Source: Eledone cirrhosa (taxonomy: Eukaryota). From it: DNA of 64,000 nucleotides. The notes beneath the pieces were generated by a model. The model was not told where the DNA came from and searched no databases. It saw nothing but the letters and a program-made list of their open reading frames with translations. Within the stretch, counting starts at the first letter, position 1. Each line of letters starts with the position of its first letter. The position numbers and the translations under genes were made by a program. The stretch spans positions 183,768,001-183,832,000 of the forward strand of contig OZ024743.1 in the NCBI GenBank assembly GCA_964016885.1. The letters are read 5' to 3'. This document shows, piece by piece, positions 28,087 to 39,791 of this stretch.

Positions 28087-29319
28087 AAGATCTGGTGCAC
28101 AAGAGTCCTCGGCGCCATAGTACAGGTTCTGCAGATGTTGCACTTGAACACACAAAAGACCTTATTGATTTCAACTCAGAATCAACTGGAAAATGTCATG
28201 AATTGTTTGGTGGCAACACCTTAATAAAAGTGGCGCTTGGTTTAACAGGGAAGAAATATAAACAACTTGTTGATGATAATGGAGAGAAAGACAGGAAGCG
28301 TATCGAAACAAAAGGCAAGAAACTTGTAACTAAATCGGTTATTCAACCCAAAGATGTTGTTGACTCTAGTTCTGAGGATTATCATGGTGGTATTATAAAT
28401 AAAGGTGCTGCAGATTTTAGTTATCAGGAATTGGATGATGAGTATGGTAGTCGACCTAGTGCTGCAAAACCTTTGAAACACAAAGAAGATTTCGAATCAT
28501 TCGAAGAATATGAAGAATCGAAAATTACACGAAATTTCCCTAGTAACTTATCTGTTTCTCATTATCATATATCGGAGAACCACGAGGACAGAATTGTTGG
28601 GCATGAGTACGGTATCAAACCTTTACTTGATGATGATGAATTAGAGGAGGTACATTCGAGTATCGGAACATCTTCTAAAAGCAGTAACCTTCAACATAAA
28701 CGACATACAGTTAGTGAAGAAAACATTGGAAATGATACTACATTAATCCACTCTGTCCTGGGTCAGTTTAATGAAGATGTATTTTCTGCAGCACCATTTC
28801 CAATCAAAAGTGGAACTAAGCGACGACCCATTAGTGCAGTGATACCAAGTTCTGTTTCTGCCACTTTCTTATCAAAGACTTCTGAAGATGTATTTTCTCA
28901 AGCACCTTTTCGAAGTAAATTTAGTAGTAAGCTTCATGGAGGGTCAAAGACTAGTAGAACTAGTAGTTCTGCCCTTGCACTGACCACACCCGAAACCCCA
29001 CCAAACACCATCGAAGAGATCTTTTCCAAAGCTCCATTTAATGATACAAAAACAACCAGTTCCAATCAAACAGCGCCATCATCGTGTGCTGTTACTCCAG
29101 ATTTAGATGATGTTAAGGAGATTGTTTCAAGTGTGGGACCACAACACAGCTACCATTCAACATCACATGCCATTAGTCCACCTGTTGATATTTGCAGCTC
29201 CCCCAGTCAGGGAAGCTCGTTGCCATCTTCTACTGAAAGCCAAGATGTTTTTGGAGCTGTACCATTTTCTGATATGCCTTCCACTTACCAGGGTGGCTCC
29301 CAAACCCATCTAAGTGCCT

Positions 29320-29352
<33 letters not shown>

Positions 29353-29813
29353 GCAATGATGACATGATCAAATTAGATTCTCCAATTGATGATTTACAAT
29401 CTGAAGATTCGTGTTTGTTGAGGTCAAGTAATTTTCAAACTGTTGAGCCACATGATCGTCTCTACATGGAAAGTCCATCAAGTGAAGATGATACATTTCG
29501 GCCAACTACTGATTCTCGGACTACTGTTCACACAGCCAGTGCTGTCAAACATTCCAAACCTAGCAAGTCAAAATTTCGAAGAGGCCTTAGAGATATTTCA
29601 AGTTCAGCCTTTTCGAACATGAGTTATTTTCATGATGAATTGGAAGCAGATGAGGATCATGGAGCTTTAGAAACTGCTGACCTAAACCAGAAAGGGAAAT
29701 CTATTGTCAGTTCCACAAGTCCTTCTGTACCCCTAAAATGTCACTCTTCCTATCCTAAATCAAGCCATTCATCAGGAGACACTATGAAACAAAAGAAGCT
29801 TCCTGTTCCTTAA
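28087..29813 (+). CDS. BMP2K: Large terminal coding exon (~575 aa) of a Numb-associated kinase family gene (BMP2K/BIKE, AAK1 long isoform or Nak-like), encoding the disordered C-terminal tail
   Basis: 572-aa stop-free, Ser/Asp/Glu-rich, non-repetitive frame starting at a strong phase-1 acceptor rather than at the GTG, and ending in TAA followed by a U-rich UTR. It has four D/E-V/I-F-x-x-A/V-P-F motifs (DVFSAAPF, DVFSQAPF, EIFSKAPF, DVFGAVPF) and HEYGIKPLLDDDEL, which I recognise as resembling BMP2K/Nak C-terminal tails. The kinase domain is not in the window, so the family assignment rests on motifs only. Confidence 0.75.
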
Positions 29814-31003
29814 AACTGTTCTGAGAAACTCACACAAAAAAAAAACAGAAACAAAACAAACGAAATGTGCATCTTGTTTTAAATGGTTGTGACTAAATGC
29901 TGTAATATATTTATTGTTGAGTCGACAGAGGTAAAGTTTTTATCACCGTTTGTGTTGACTAATTAATGCCTTTCACTGAATCTTCTTGGAAAGAAAAATA
30001 CAACTTTTTCAATTGTTTCTTTTCTGCTAGGAAGTTGACCGTTTTGTTTTTTTGTTTTTTGTTTTTTTACAGGCTTTAGAATTTTGACTTGAAAAAATGT
30101 ATTCACCTTTTCCCCAGAGATTCTTAGTTGTTGTTGTTGTTATATTATTATTATTTTTTTTTTTCTCCCACTTATTCAGAAGTAAGTTAATATATTCATT
30201 AATATAGGAAATTACATTTCAATATAAATATATTAATCTTTAGATATATGAATTATATATAAATATATTTATATTTGCTATATTTTATGTAATCTCTATT
30301 TATTTATTATTTTTTATTTCATTTTTTTTTAATGTTAAATTGAACACTGTGAGAGAGGACTGGTAACTAACTACATAAATATTATAAAATTAATGATTGA
30401 GCAGCTTTAGAATTGCTATTGACCATCATTTAATTTCCAACAGTTTTTACAACTTTCTTCTATTTGGTTGCGTGATGTTAGACTACGAAGTTACATATGT
30501 CTCAAAACTGAGTCATGTCTGTGACTGATAAAACAAAAACAAAAGAAATACACACTGAAAAGCAATTTATCGAAAGAATAAGGCTATTCTTTCTAATTGT
30601 TAACTATATTTTTTGCTTGATAATTTTCTTTCTCATTTCCTATTTTTTTGTTCATATTTATTTGAGCCTAGTCTCAAATTGTTGCAAATACAAATGTATT
30701 TTAAGTTGAAGTGTATATACATAGTGTGAAAGTATGCTACATAGTGTGATATTTTGGGGGCCGAAGACATATACAATAGAGCCATAGTTTTTCTTTGTTA
30801 TTTCAAGGCCATATAATAGTAATAATGTTGGTATGGTTAATCTCAGCAGAATTTTATATACTAATCAGTTGTTTTGGTTTCATATTGCATTGAGGTGTAG
30901 AGAAAACTACTATGAAAGGAATTGCACTAAATTTGTTTTGATTATACTGTGTAAGTGTATGTGTGTGTGCAAACACTCTATATATATATATGTATGTCTC
31001 TCA

Positions 31004-31044
<41 letters not shown>

Positions 31045-31045
31045 G
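29814..31045 (+). other. Probable AU-rich 3' UTR of the kinase gene
   Basis: Follows the stop codon, is T/A-rich and free of recognisable interspersed repeats. By eye, the first AATAAA downstream of the stop is at 31056. Confidence 0.55.
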
Positions 31046-31088
31046 ACAATATATTAATAAATGGAAACTATATTTATAAAACCATAAT

Positions 31089-31154
31089 TATTTTATTATA
31101 TATATTTCAAGGGCGACCAAGGTAAATTATGGTGCGCTTTCATCAGATAAAATA
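31089..31154 (-). ncRNA. Minimal type I hammerhead ribozyme, mirror copy on the minus strand
   Basis: Reverse complement reads TATTTTAT CTGATGA AAGCGCACCA TAATTTACCT TGGTCGCCCTT GAAA TATATATA ATAAAATA. Stem II has one more pair than the + copy. Confidence 0.8.
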
Positions 31155-31294
31155 CAGATTCGTTTTATAAATAAATATTGACATAACCGGAAAAAAGACA
31201 ACCTCAACGGTTGAAATTCACTATCCAGCGAATTTCAACCGTTGAGGTTGTCTTTTTTCCGGATATGTCAATATTTATTTATAAAACGAATCTG

Positions 31295-31360
31295 TATTTT
31301 ATCTGATGAAAGCACACCATAATTTACCTTGGTCGCCCTTGAAATATATATAATAAAATA
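31295..31360 (+). ncRNA. Minimal type I hammerhead ribozyme (Penelope type)
   Basis: Stem I TATTTTAT (31295-31302) pairs with ATAAAATA (31353-31360). Core CTGATGA at 31303-31309. Imperfect stem II AAGCACACCA...TGGTCGCCCTT. GAAA at 31341-31344. Short stem III with a palindromic ATAT loop. AUA cleavage triplet ending at 31352. Confidence 0.8.
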
Positions 31361-31494
31361 ATTATGGTTTTATAAATATAGTTTCCATTTATTAATATAT
31401 TGTATATTTACTCCACTTATCTGTTGAGTGCTTTATATCAGTTATAAAAAATGTTTAAGCTTGTTGAATCCCAACAAATTAAATATAACTTCTG

Positions 31495-31657
31495 CATATA
31501 TATATGCATGCATGTATGTGTGTATTTATATATGTATGCATGTATGTGTATATTTATATATGTATGCATGCATGTATGTGTGTATTTATTTATATATGTA
31601 TGCATGCATGTATGTATTTATATATGTATATGTGTGTGTGTATATTATATATATATG
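31495..31657. repeat. Compound (TA)/(TGTA)/(TGCA) microsatellite
   Basis: Direct. Confidence 0.9.
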
Positions 31658-31929
31658 TTTGCTGGAAGGTTTTAATTTAAACAGGAATCCTTTAAAATGA
31701 GTGGTTTTGTTTGATAGAAACAGAGGCATTTTTTACCCTGAGGGTATGGCAAGGGTTTCTCATATACATCTATCTACAAGTTGGGTTTTGGTAAGGGTTA
31801 TGAATGTTTTATTATAGAGTGCTGTGATATTAGACTTGTACAAAATTGCAACAAATATTATGTCAAAGTGATTTTGCTCATGCTGATAGACTGTTAGTTG
31901 TAATGAATAGAGAGGGTGTGTGTATATAC

Positions 31930-32410
31930 ACACACCATTGGACAAGGTGTATATATATCTAGGAACCTATACACTGTACATACAGACACACTGTTGGCCA
32001 GGGTGTATATATATGGGAACCTATACTCTGTACATACAAACACAATGTTGGGCAGGGTGTATTTATATCTAGGAATCTATGCACCATACATACAGACATA
32101 CTGTTGGGCAGGGTGTATATATATATATATCTAATAATCTCTACACCATACAGGCACAATGTTGGGCAGGTTGTATATATCTGGGAATCTATACACCATG
32201 CATACAGACACAATGTTGGACAGGGTGTATATATATCCAGGAATCTATACACCTACATACAGAAACAATGTTGGGCAGGGTGTATATATATCTGGAAATC
32301 TATACACCATACATCCAGACATTCTGTTGGGCAGGCTGTATATATATCTAGTAATCTATACACCATACATACAGATATAATGTTGGGCAGGGTGTATATA
32401 TCTGGGAATC
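31930..32410. repeat. Degenerate ~55-bp minisatellite (TGTTGGGCAGGGTGTATATATATCTGGGAATCTATACACCATACATACAGACACAA), ~9 copies
   Basis: TGTTGGGCAGG and ATCTATACACC recur at ~55-bp spacing. Confidence 0.9.
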
Positions 32411-32504
32411 GATTATTGAATGAGGTCTCATTAGGTAACTTTTTTCATGTGGGTTCAAGAACCATGACAGAGAAGTTAGTGTCAGATGTTCAGAAGCAAG
32501 GAAC

Positions 32505-35500
32505 ATTCTGGCTGGATATATGCCATATAGGATGTCCAGAGTATCTGTCAGTCTTAGAATTCTGGCTGGATATATGCCATATTTGTAGGATGTCCAGAGT
32601 ATCTGTCAGTCTTAGAATTCTGGCTGGATATATGCCATATTTGTAGGATGTCCAGAGTATCTGTCAGTCTTAGAATTCTGGCTGGATATATGCCATATTT
32701 GTAGGATATCCAGAGTGTCTGTCAGTCTTAGAATTCTGGCTGGATATATGCCATATTTGTAGGATGTCCAGAGTATCTGTCAGTCTTAGACTTCTGGCTG
32801 GATATATGCCATATTTGTAGGATTTCCAGAGTGTCTGTCAGTCTTAGAATTCTGGCTGGATATATGCCATATTTGTAGGATATCCAGAGTGTCTGTCAGT
32901 CTTAGAATTCTGGCTGGAGATATGCCATATTTGTAGGATGTCCAGAGTATCTGTCAGTCTTAGAATTCTGGCTGGATATATGCCATATTTGTAGGATGTT
33001 CAGAGTATCTGTCAGTCTTAGAATTCTGGCTGGATATATGCCATATTTGTAGGATGTCCAGAATATCTGTCAGTCTTAGAATTCTGGCTGGATATATGCT
33101 ATATTTGTAGGATGTCCAGAGTATCTGTCAGTCTTTGAATTCTGGCTGGATATATGCCATATTTGTAGGATGTCCAGAGTATCTGTCAGTCTTAGAATTC
33201 TGGCTGGATATATGCCATATTTGTAGGATGTCCAGAGTATCTGTCAGTCTTAGAATTCTGGCTGGATATATGCCATATTTGTAGGATATCCAGAGTGTCT
33301 GTCAGTCTTAGAATTCTGGCTGGATATATGCCATATTTGTAGGATGTCCAGAGTATCTGTCAGTCTTAGAATTCTGGCTGGATATATGCCATATTTGTAG
33401 GATGTCCAGAGTATCTGTCAGTCTTAGAATTCTGGCTGGATATATGCCATATTTGTAGGATGTCCAGAGTATCTGTCAGTCTTAGAATTCTGGCTGGATA
33501 TATGCCATATTTGTAGGATATCCAGAGTGTCTGTCAGTCTTAGAATTCTGGCTGGATATATGCCATATTTGTAGGAGTCCAGAGTATCTGTCAGTCTTAG
33601 AATTCGGGCTGGATATATGCCATATTTGTAGGATGTCCAGAGTATCTGTCAGTCTTAGAATTCTGGCTGGATATATGCCATATTTGTAGGATGTCCAGAG
33701 TATCTGTCAGTCTTAGAATTCTGGCTGGATATATGCCATATTTGTAGGATGTCCAGAGTATCTGTCAGTCTTAGAATTCTGGCTGGATATATGCCATATT
33801 TGTAGGATATCCAGAGTGTCTGTCAGTCTTAGAATTCTGGCTGGATATATGCCATATTTGTAGGATGTCCAGAGTATCTGTCAGTCTTAGATTCTGGCTG
33901 GATATATGCCATATTTGTAGGATGTCCAGAGTATCTGTCAGTCTTAGAATTCTGGTTGGATATATGCCATATTTGTAGGATGTCCAGAGTGTCTGTCAGT
34001 CTTAGAATTCTGGCTGGATATATGCCATATTTGTAGGATGTCCAGAGTATCTGTCAGTCTTAGAATTCTGGCTGGATATATGCCATATTTGTAGGATGTC
34101 CAGAGTATCTGTCAGTCTTAGAATTCTGGCTGGATATATGCCATATTTGTAGGATGTCCAGAGTATCTGTCAGTCTTAGAATTCTGGCTGGATATATGCC
34201 ATATTTGTAGGATGTCCAGAGTATCTGTCAGTCTTAGAATTCTGGCTGGATATATGCCATATTTGTAGGATGTCCAGAATATCTGTCAGTCTTAGAATTC
34301 TGGCTGGATATATGCCATATTTGTAGGTTATCCAGAGTGTCTGTCCGTCTTAGAATTCTGGCTGGATATATGCCATATTTATAGGATATCCAAAGTGTCT
34401 GTCAGTCTTAGAATTCTGGCTGGATATATGCCATATTTGTAGGATGTCCAGAGTATCTGTCAGTCTTAGAATTCTGGCTGGATATATGCCATATTTGTAG
34501 GATGTCCAGAGTATCTGTCAGTCTTAGAATTCTGGCTGTATATATGCCATATTTGTAGGATATCCAGAGTGTCTGTCAGTCTTAGAATTCTGGCTGGATA
34601 TATGCCATATTTGTAGGATGTCCAGAGTCTCTGTCAGTCTTAGAATTCTGGCTGGATATATGCCATATTTGTAGGATGTCCAGAGTATCTGTCAGTCTTA
34701 GAATTCTGGCTGGATATATGACATATTTGTAGGATATCCAGAGTATCTGTCAGTCTTAGAATTCTGGCTGGATATATGCCATATTTGTAGGATATCCAGA
34801 ATGTCTGTCAGTCTTAGAATTCTGGCTGGATATATGCCATATTTGTAGGATATCCAGAGTGTCTGTCAGTCTTAGAATTCTGGCTGGATATATGCCATAT
34901 TTGTAGGATATCCAGAGTGTCTGTCAGTCTTAGAATTCTGGCTGGATATATGCCATATTTGTAGGATGTCCAGAGTATCTGTCAGTCTTAGAATTCTGGC
35001 TGGATATATGTCATATTTGTAGGATGTCCAGAGTATCTGTCAGTCTTAGAATTCTGGCTGGATATATGCCATATTTGTAGGATGTCCAGAATATCTGTCA
35101 GTCTTAGAATTCTGGCTGGATATATGCCATATTTGTAGGTTATCCAGAGTGTCTGTCAGTCTTAGAATTCTGGCTGGATATATGCCATATTTGTAGGATA
35201 TCCAGAGTGTCTGTCAGTCTTAGAATTCTGGCTGGATATATGCCATATTTGTAGGATGTCCAGAGTATCTGTCAGTCTTAGAATTCTGGCTGGATATATG
35301 CCATATTTGTAGGATGTCCAGAGTATCTGTCAGTCTTAGAATTCTGGCTGGATATATGCCATATTTGTAGGATGTCCAGAGTATCTGTCAGTCTTAGAAT
35401 TCTGGCTGGATATATGCCATATTTGTAGGATATCCAGAGTGTCTGTCAGTCTTAGAATTCTGGCTGGATATATGCCATATTTGTAGGATGTCCAGAGTGT

Positions 35501-35977
35501 CTGTCAGTCTTAGAATTCTGGCTGGATATATGCCATATTTGTAGGATATCCAGAGTATCTGTCAGTCTTAAAATTCTGGCTAGATATATGCCATATTTGT
35601 AGGATGTCCAGAGTGTCTGTCAATCTTAGAATTCTGGCTGGATATATGCCATATTTGTAGGATGTCCACAGTGTCTGTCAGTCTTAGAATTCTGGCTGGA
35701 TATATGCCATATTTGTAGGATATCCAGAGTGTCTGTCAGTCTTAGAATTCTGGCTGGATATATGCCATATTTGTAGGATATCCAGAGTATCTGTCAGTCT
35801 TAGAATTCTGGCTGGATATATGCCATATTTGTAGGATATCCAGAGTATCTGTCAGTCTTAGAATTCTGGCTGGATATATGCCATATTTGTAGGATGTCCA
35901 GAGTGTCTGTCAGTCTTAGAATTCTGGCTGGATATATGCCATATTTGTAGGATATCCAGAGTGTCTGTCAGTCTTAG
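32505..35977. repeat. 58-bp satellite (ATTCTGGCTGGATATATGCCATATTTGTAGGATGTCCAGAGTATCTGTCAGTCTTAGA), ~60 copies
   Basis: Direct. The register shifts 2 nt per 60-nt line, and most monomer junctions form an EcoRI site. Confidence 0.99.
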
Positions 35978-36691
35978 TTGAATTTCACAGATACAATAGC
36001 AGTAGTACTGCTCTTATTAACAGTCATTGTGTTTATAAATAAGCAAGTTACCTAACAATCTTAGTGTTCTTTATCAACTATTATACATTCTTCTACACTT
36101 GGTGATTCTCCCACCACTACTTTGGTCGGTGTGTTGAAGTCTAGGTTTTACTGGTAAAGTCATGTATATGACTCAAATATATCTGGAGTCATCTCCAATA
36201 CTTGCCAAAATAATTAGAATTATATTAATCAAGAACTAATATTCTATCTTCTTAGCACATTTGTTTAAGTCAGCTTTTTAATGCTATAGATATGTTAACA
36301 CCATTGTTATTCATGTAGATGGTATATCTGAATAATTTATTCTCTAAGTAATTACTCCACTTTGACTGAACAAAACCAGGTTCTAGCCACTCTTACTCAG
36401 TGTTTAGCTGTAGTAAGGGGATGAACAAAAAGAATGGAAATGTGTGGAAAAAATTGGTAAAAAAAAAAACATGGCTGTTTTCATAAAGGCATTCCACCTT
36501 CAATGTTTAGTTTGGTACATTAATATTTTGAACTGTTCTTAAGTTTCATGTAAAAAGAAGCTGTTCAAAGGAAATTTATTGGAATTTAGGACTTGAAATA
36601 TTTAGTTCTGATGTCTGATTAAGATACTGAACTATTGGTCACCTGGTCTTGTCATCAGTCCAAATCTTGTTGCATTATATTGTGCCACTAA

Positions 36692-36717
36692 CGGCCCTTG
36701 TGGCCAATAAATGAAAT
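36692..36717 (+). mobile_element. 26-bp extremely 5'-truncated retroposon tail with a 19-bp target-site duplication
   Basis: CATTATATTGTGCCACTAA occurs at 36673-36691 and 36718-36736, flanking CGGCCCTTGTGGCCAATAAATGAAAT. Confidence 0.7.
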
Positions 36718-37109
36718 CATTATATTGTGCCACTAAACACTGCTTGCTCCATCTGAGTGAGTGACATAAAACTGGTGGTCCCATGGTTGAATGTTTAAAG
36801 AAAAACATCTAACCATAAACATATTTGCACTACTAAAGCCAATTCCACACATTAGCATGGGGGAAATATTGACATTAGATAGTTGTATGGAAAAAAGGAG
36901 TTTGTTAACAGAAATTGTGTATATGAAGTAATTCTGGAATTATTTATTGCTGTTTTGTTGAGGCATAGATAACATTAAGTGAAGATTTATAACCTAACAT
37001 GGCACATTATCCTATTCAATTGACTAGGATTAATCATCCAAATTTTTTAACTGTGCCAAAAATAAAATTCCAAAAATAAAATGCCAAAAATAAAGAATTA
37101 TTATTGTAA

Positions 37110-37955
37110 AGTCGATGGAGTGAGAGAATCTTGAGTGTCATTGAAAATGTCTTGTGGTATTGCTTCTGTTTTTTTTAATGTTCTGAGTTAAAATTCTGCT
37201 GAGGTTAACTTTGCCTTTCATTCTTCTGGGGTTCAATAAAATAAAGTACCAGTCAAATACTGGGGTCTGTATAAATAATTGTTTCTCTTCCTCAGATATC
37301 TGGCTTTGTGATTATGTTAGAAATTATTATTATTACCATAGTGAAGGGTGGTGAATTGGCAGTATCAGTAGAGTGTTGGACAAGTTTTGTGGCATAGAGT
37401 TACGTCCCTTTGTGTTCTGAGTTCAGTTCCCGAAGAGGTTGACTTTATTTTCTTTCCTTTTCCAATAAAATAAATTATAAGTTAAGAGGTGGGTTGATTT
37501 AAAACTCCTCACCAATAAATAAGTAGCCTTGTATTAATTAATTGTTTCTACTATTGGCACAAGGCCAGCAATTACCCAGTACTTTATTTCCAGCATAGTT
37601 AGGTCCCTTTACAGTCTGGGTTCAAATCCCGCTGAGGTTAACTTTGCCTTTCATCCTTATGGGCTCAATAAAATAAAGTACAGTAATGCACTGGGGGTAA
37701 TTTATGGCCTTGTGCCAAAAGTAGAAACAATTATTAAAATTATCTGAATTAGCAGAATCGGTAGAGCATCAGACAACATACTTTGCAGCATAGGATCTGA
37801 GTTCAATTCATCATGAAGTTAGTGTTACCTTTTATCCTTATGGGGTCAATAAAATAAATACCAGCAACATGTTGGGGTCGATTTAATCAACTTCCCCTTC
37901 TGACTTTCTCAAATTGCTGACCTTGTGCCAAAAGTAGAAACAATTATTACAATAG

Positions 37956-37989
<34 letters not shown>

Positions 37990-38975
37990 AGCAGTGATAA
38001 ACTTGTCAGGACTTCAGACAAAATGTTTTGTAACATTTAATTACAGATCTTTACATTCTGAGATCAACTTTCCTTTTCATCCTACTGAGGTTAATAAAAT
38101 ACAGTATCAGTGATATACTGGGATCAGTATAATGAACCATTTATCTCTCTCTACTATTTGGCCTTATTACTAGTGATGAGTGTTACAGAGATAGCGATAT
38201 GTTAACAACTCAAGCTGTTTTATCTGTCAATTCCTTTAACTTCTGACATTAATACTCTTGGAATAAATGTTAATATAAATTTCATTTCTTTCACTTCCCT
38301 TGTGAAATTTCTGGTCTTTTGTTTCAGAAAGCAGTTTAGAATCTTCTCTGAGTTCAAATCCTATTGGGGTCAACTTTAACTTTCAACATTTTGAGGTCAA
38401 TAACATAAAGTACCAGCTAAGTACTAGGGTTGATAAAATAATGTCAAAGTCAAATAGTGGGGTTGATGTAATCAATTTTCCCTAAAGTCTGAATGCCTTC
38501 AACCTAAATTAGAACCCTTTGCGGTCTGAGTTCAAATCCCGCCAAGGTTAACTTTGCCTTTTATCCTTACGGGGTCGATAAAATAAAGTACCAGTAATGT
38601 ACTGGGTAATTGATGGCCTTGTGCCAAAAGTAGAAACAATTATTATTAGGGGAATTGTGTTGGCAGAAATTTTAAAGTATTGGTTTGAATACATTAAAAT
38701 ATTCACTTTCATCCCTGTTTGAGCCTAGACAACCTTTGTCTTTCATCCTTCTAGGAGTCAAAATACCAGTTATATACTGAAGTTAATTCAATTAACCAGA
38801 CCTCTCTCCTACAAATGTCTAGCCTTAAAATGTTAGAAATTATTCATGTGATGGGTTGCCAAAATTGTTAAAACATCAAACAAGATACTTTGCAGTATTT
38901 AGTGATGGCCCTTTAAATTCTGAGTTGAAATCCTACTGAGGAGAACTTTGCCTGGCTTTGTGACTATAAACCAAT
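37110..38975 (+). mobile_element. Cluster of ~9 same-orientation tRNA-derived SINE copies (Meta-domain-like central motif)
   Basis: Repeated TCTGAGTTCAAATCC...GAGGTTAACTTTGCCTTTCATCCTT...GGGGTC(G/A)ATAAAATAAAGTACCAGT...GGCCTTGTGCCAAAAGTAGAAACAATTATT near 37190, 37420, 37620, 37800, 38060, 38350, 38530, 38730 and 38925. Confidence 0.85.
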
Positions 38976-39791
38976 ATTACTAGATATTCTATGTAAACAA
39001 TGATTTTAGAACCATTGAGTGATACAAAGTTTTGAATTTATAAATTAGAAACATCAACGTTGTTTGACTATGAAAAATAGTCTAATAAGCTGAGCATATA
39101 AACACCTGAGACAGAAAACAATTGCACAATGTTGCCTGTCTGACTCAAACCCATACGTACAATATACTGTTTCACTATGCTAACCAATTACACTAAGGCA
39201 CCTCTGTTATATTAACCCTTTTCTGTTATATTAACCCTTAAGCCATATATTAATAAGGCAGTACATATGTAAACAATCTATTTTTAGAATAATTGAGCAG
39301 TATATTACAGATGTGGGTATGAGTTCCATGGGCAGCACTGTACAAATCTTTTCCATTTCCAGGGTTTATATTCCAAACTTAGACTATTTTTTATGGTCAA
39401 TCAGTGTTGACGTTTCTAACTTTCAAATTCAAAAACTATATATATTCTATATTAAACTCTATTATTTCATTTCAATAAGATTTGTTTTTGCTGCTATTGT
39501 TAGTTTTCAGGATTAAGTTACATATATTTCTACATTTTATTAGATAAAAACAATTCTTTTGTTCATGTGTGTATGTGTGTTTATGTATATATATGTGTAT
39601 ATGTATGTATATCTATATATGTATATATTGTATGTATATATATATATATATATATATATGGGGTTATGATACCTCACATCACAATGTAATCCATACAATA
39701 TTATCTCCCTTTCCCTCCATTTTCTATATATACACATATATGAAATAAGTTTTGCTATTTCATTGAACTTAATTTTTTTTTTTTGCAAATA

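Larger units (their letters stand above)
31046..31403. mobile_element. 358-bp palindrome (174-bp arms, 10-nt loop), likely an inverted Penelope-like pseudo-LTR remnant
   Basis: 31046-31219 is the reverse complement of 31230-31403 with 2 mismatches seen. It sits next to a (TA)n tract and each arm carries a hammerhead motif. Confidence 0.85.

Noticed and set aside
28095-28097. GTG start codon of the 572-aa ORF
   Set aside because: A strong splice acceptor 8 nt upstream explains the ORF start; it is an exon.
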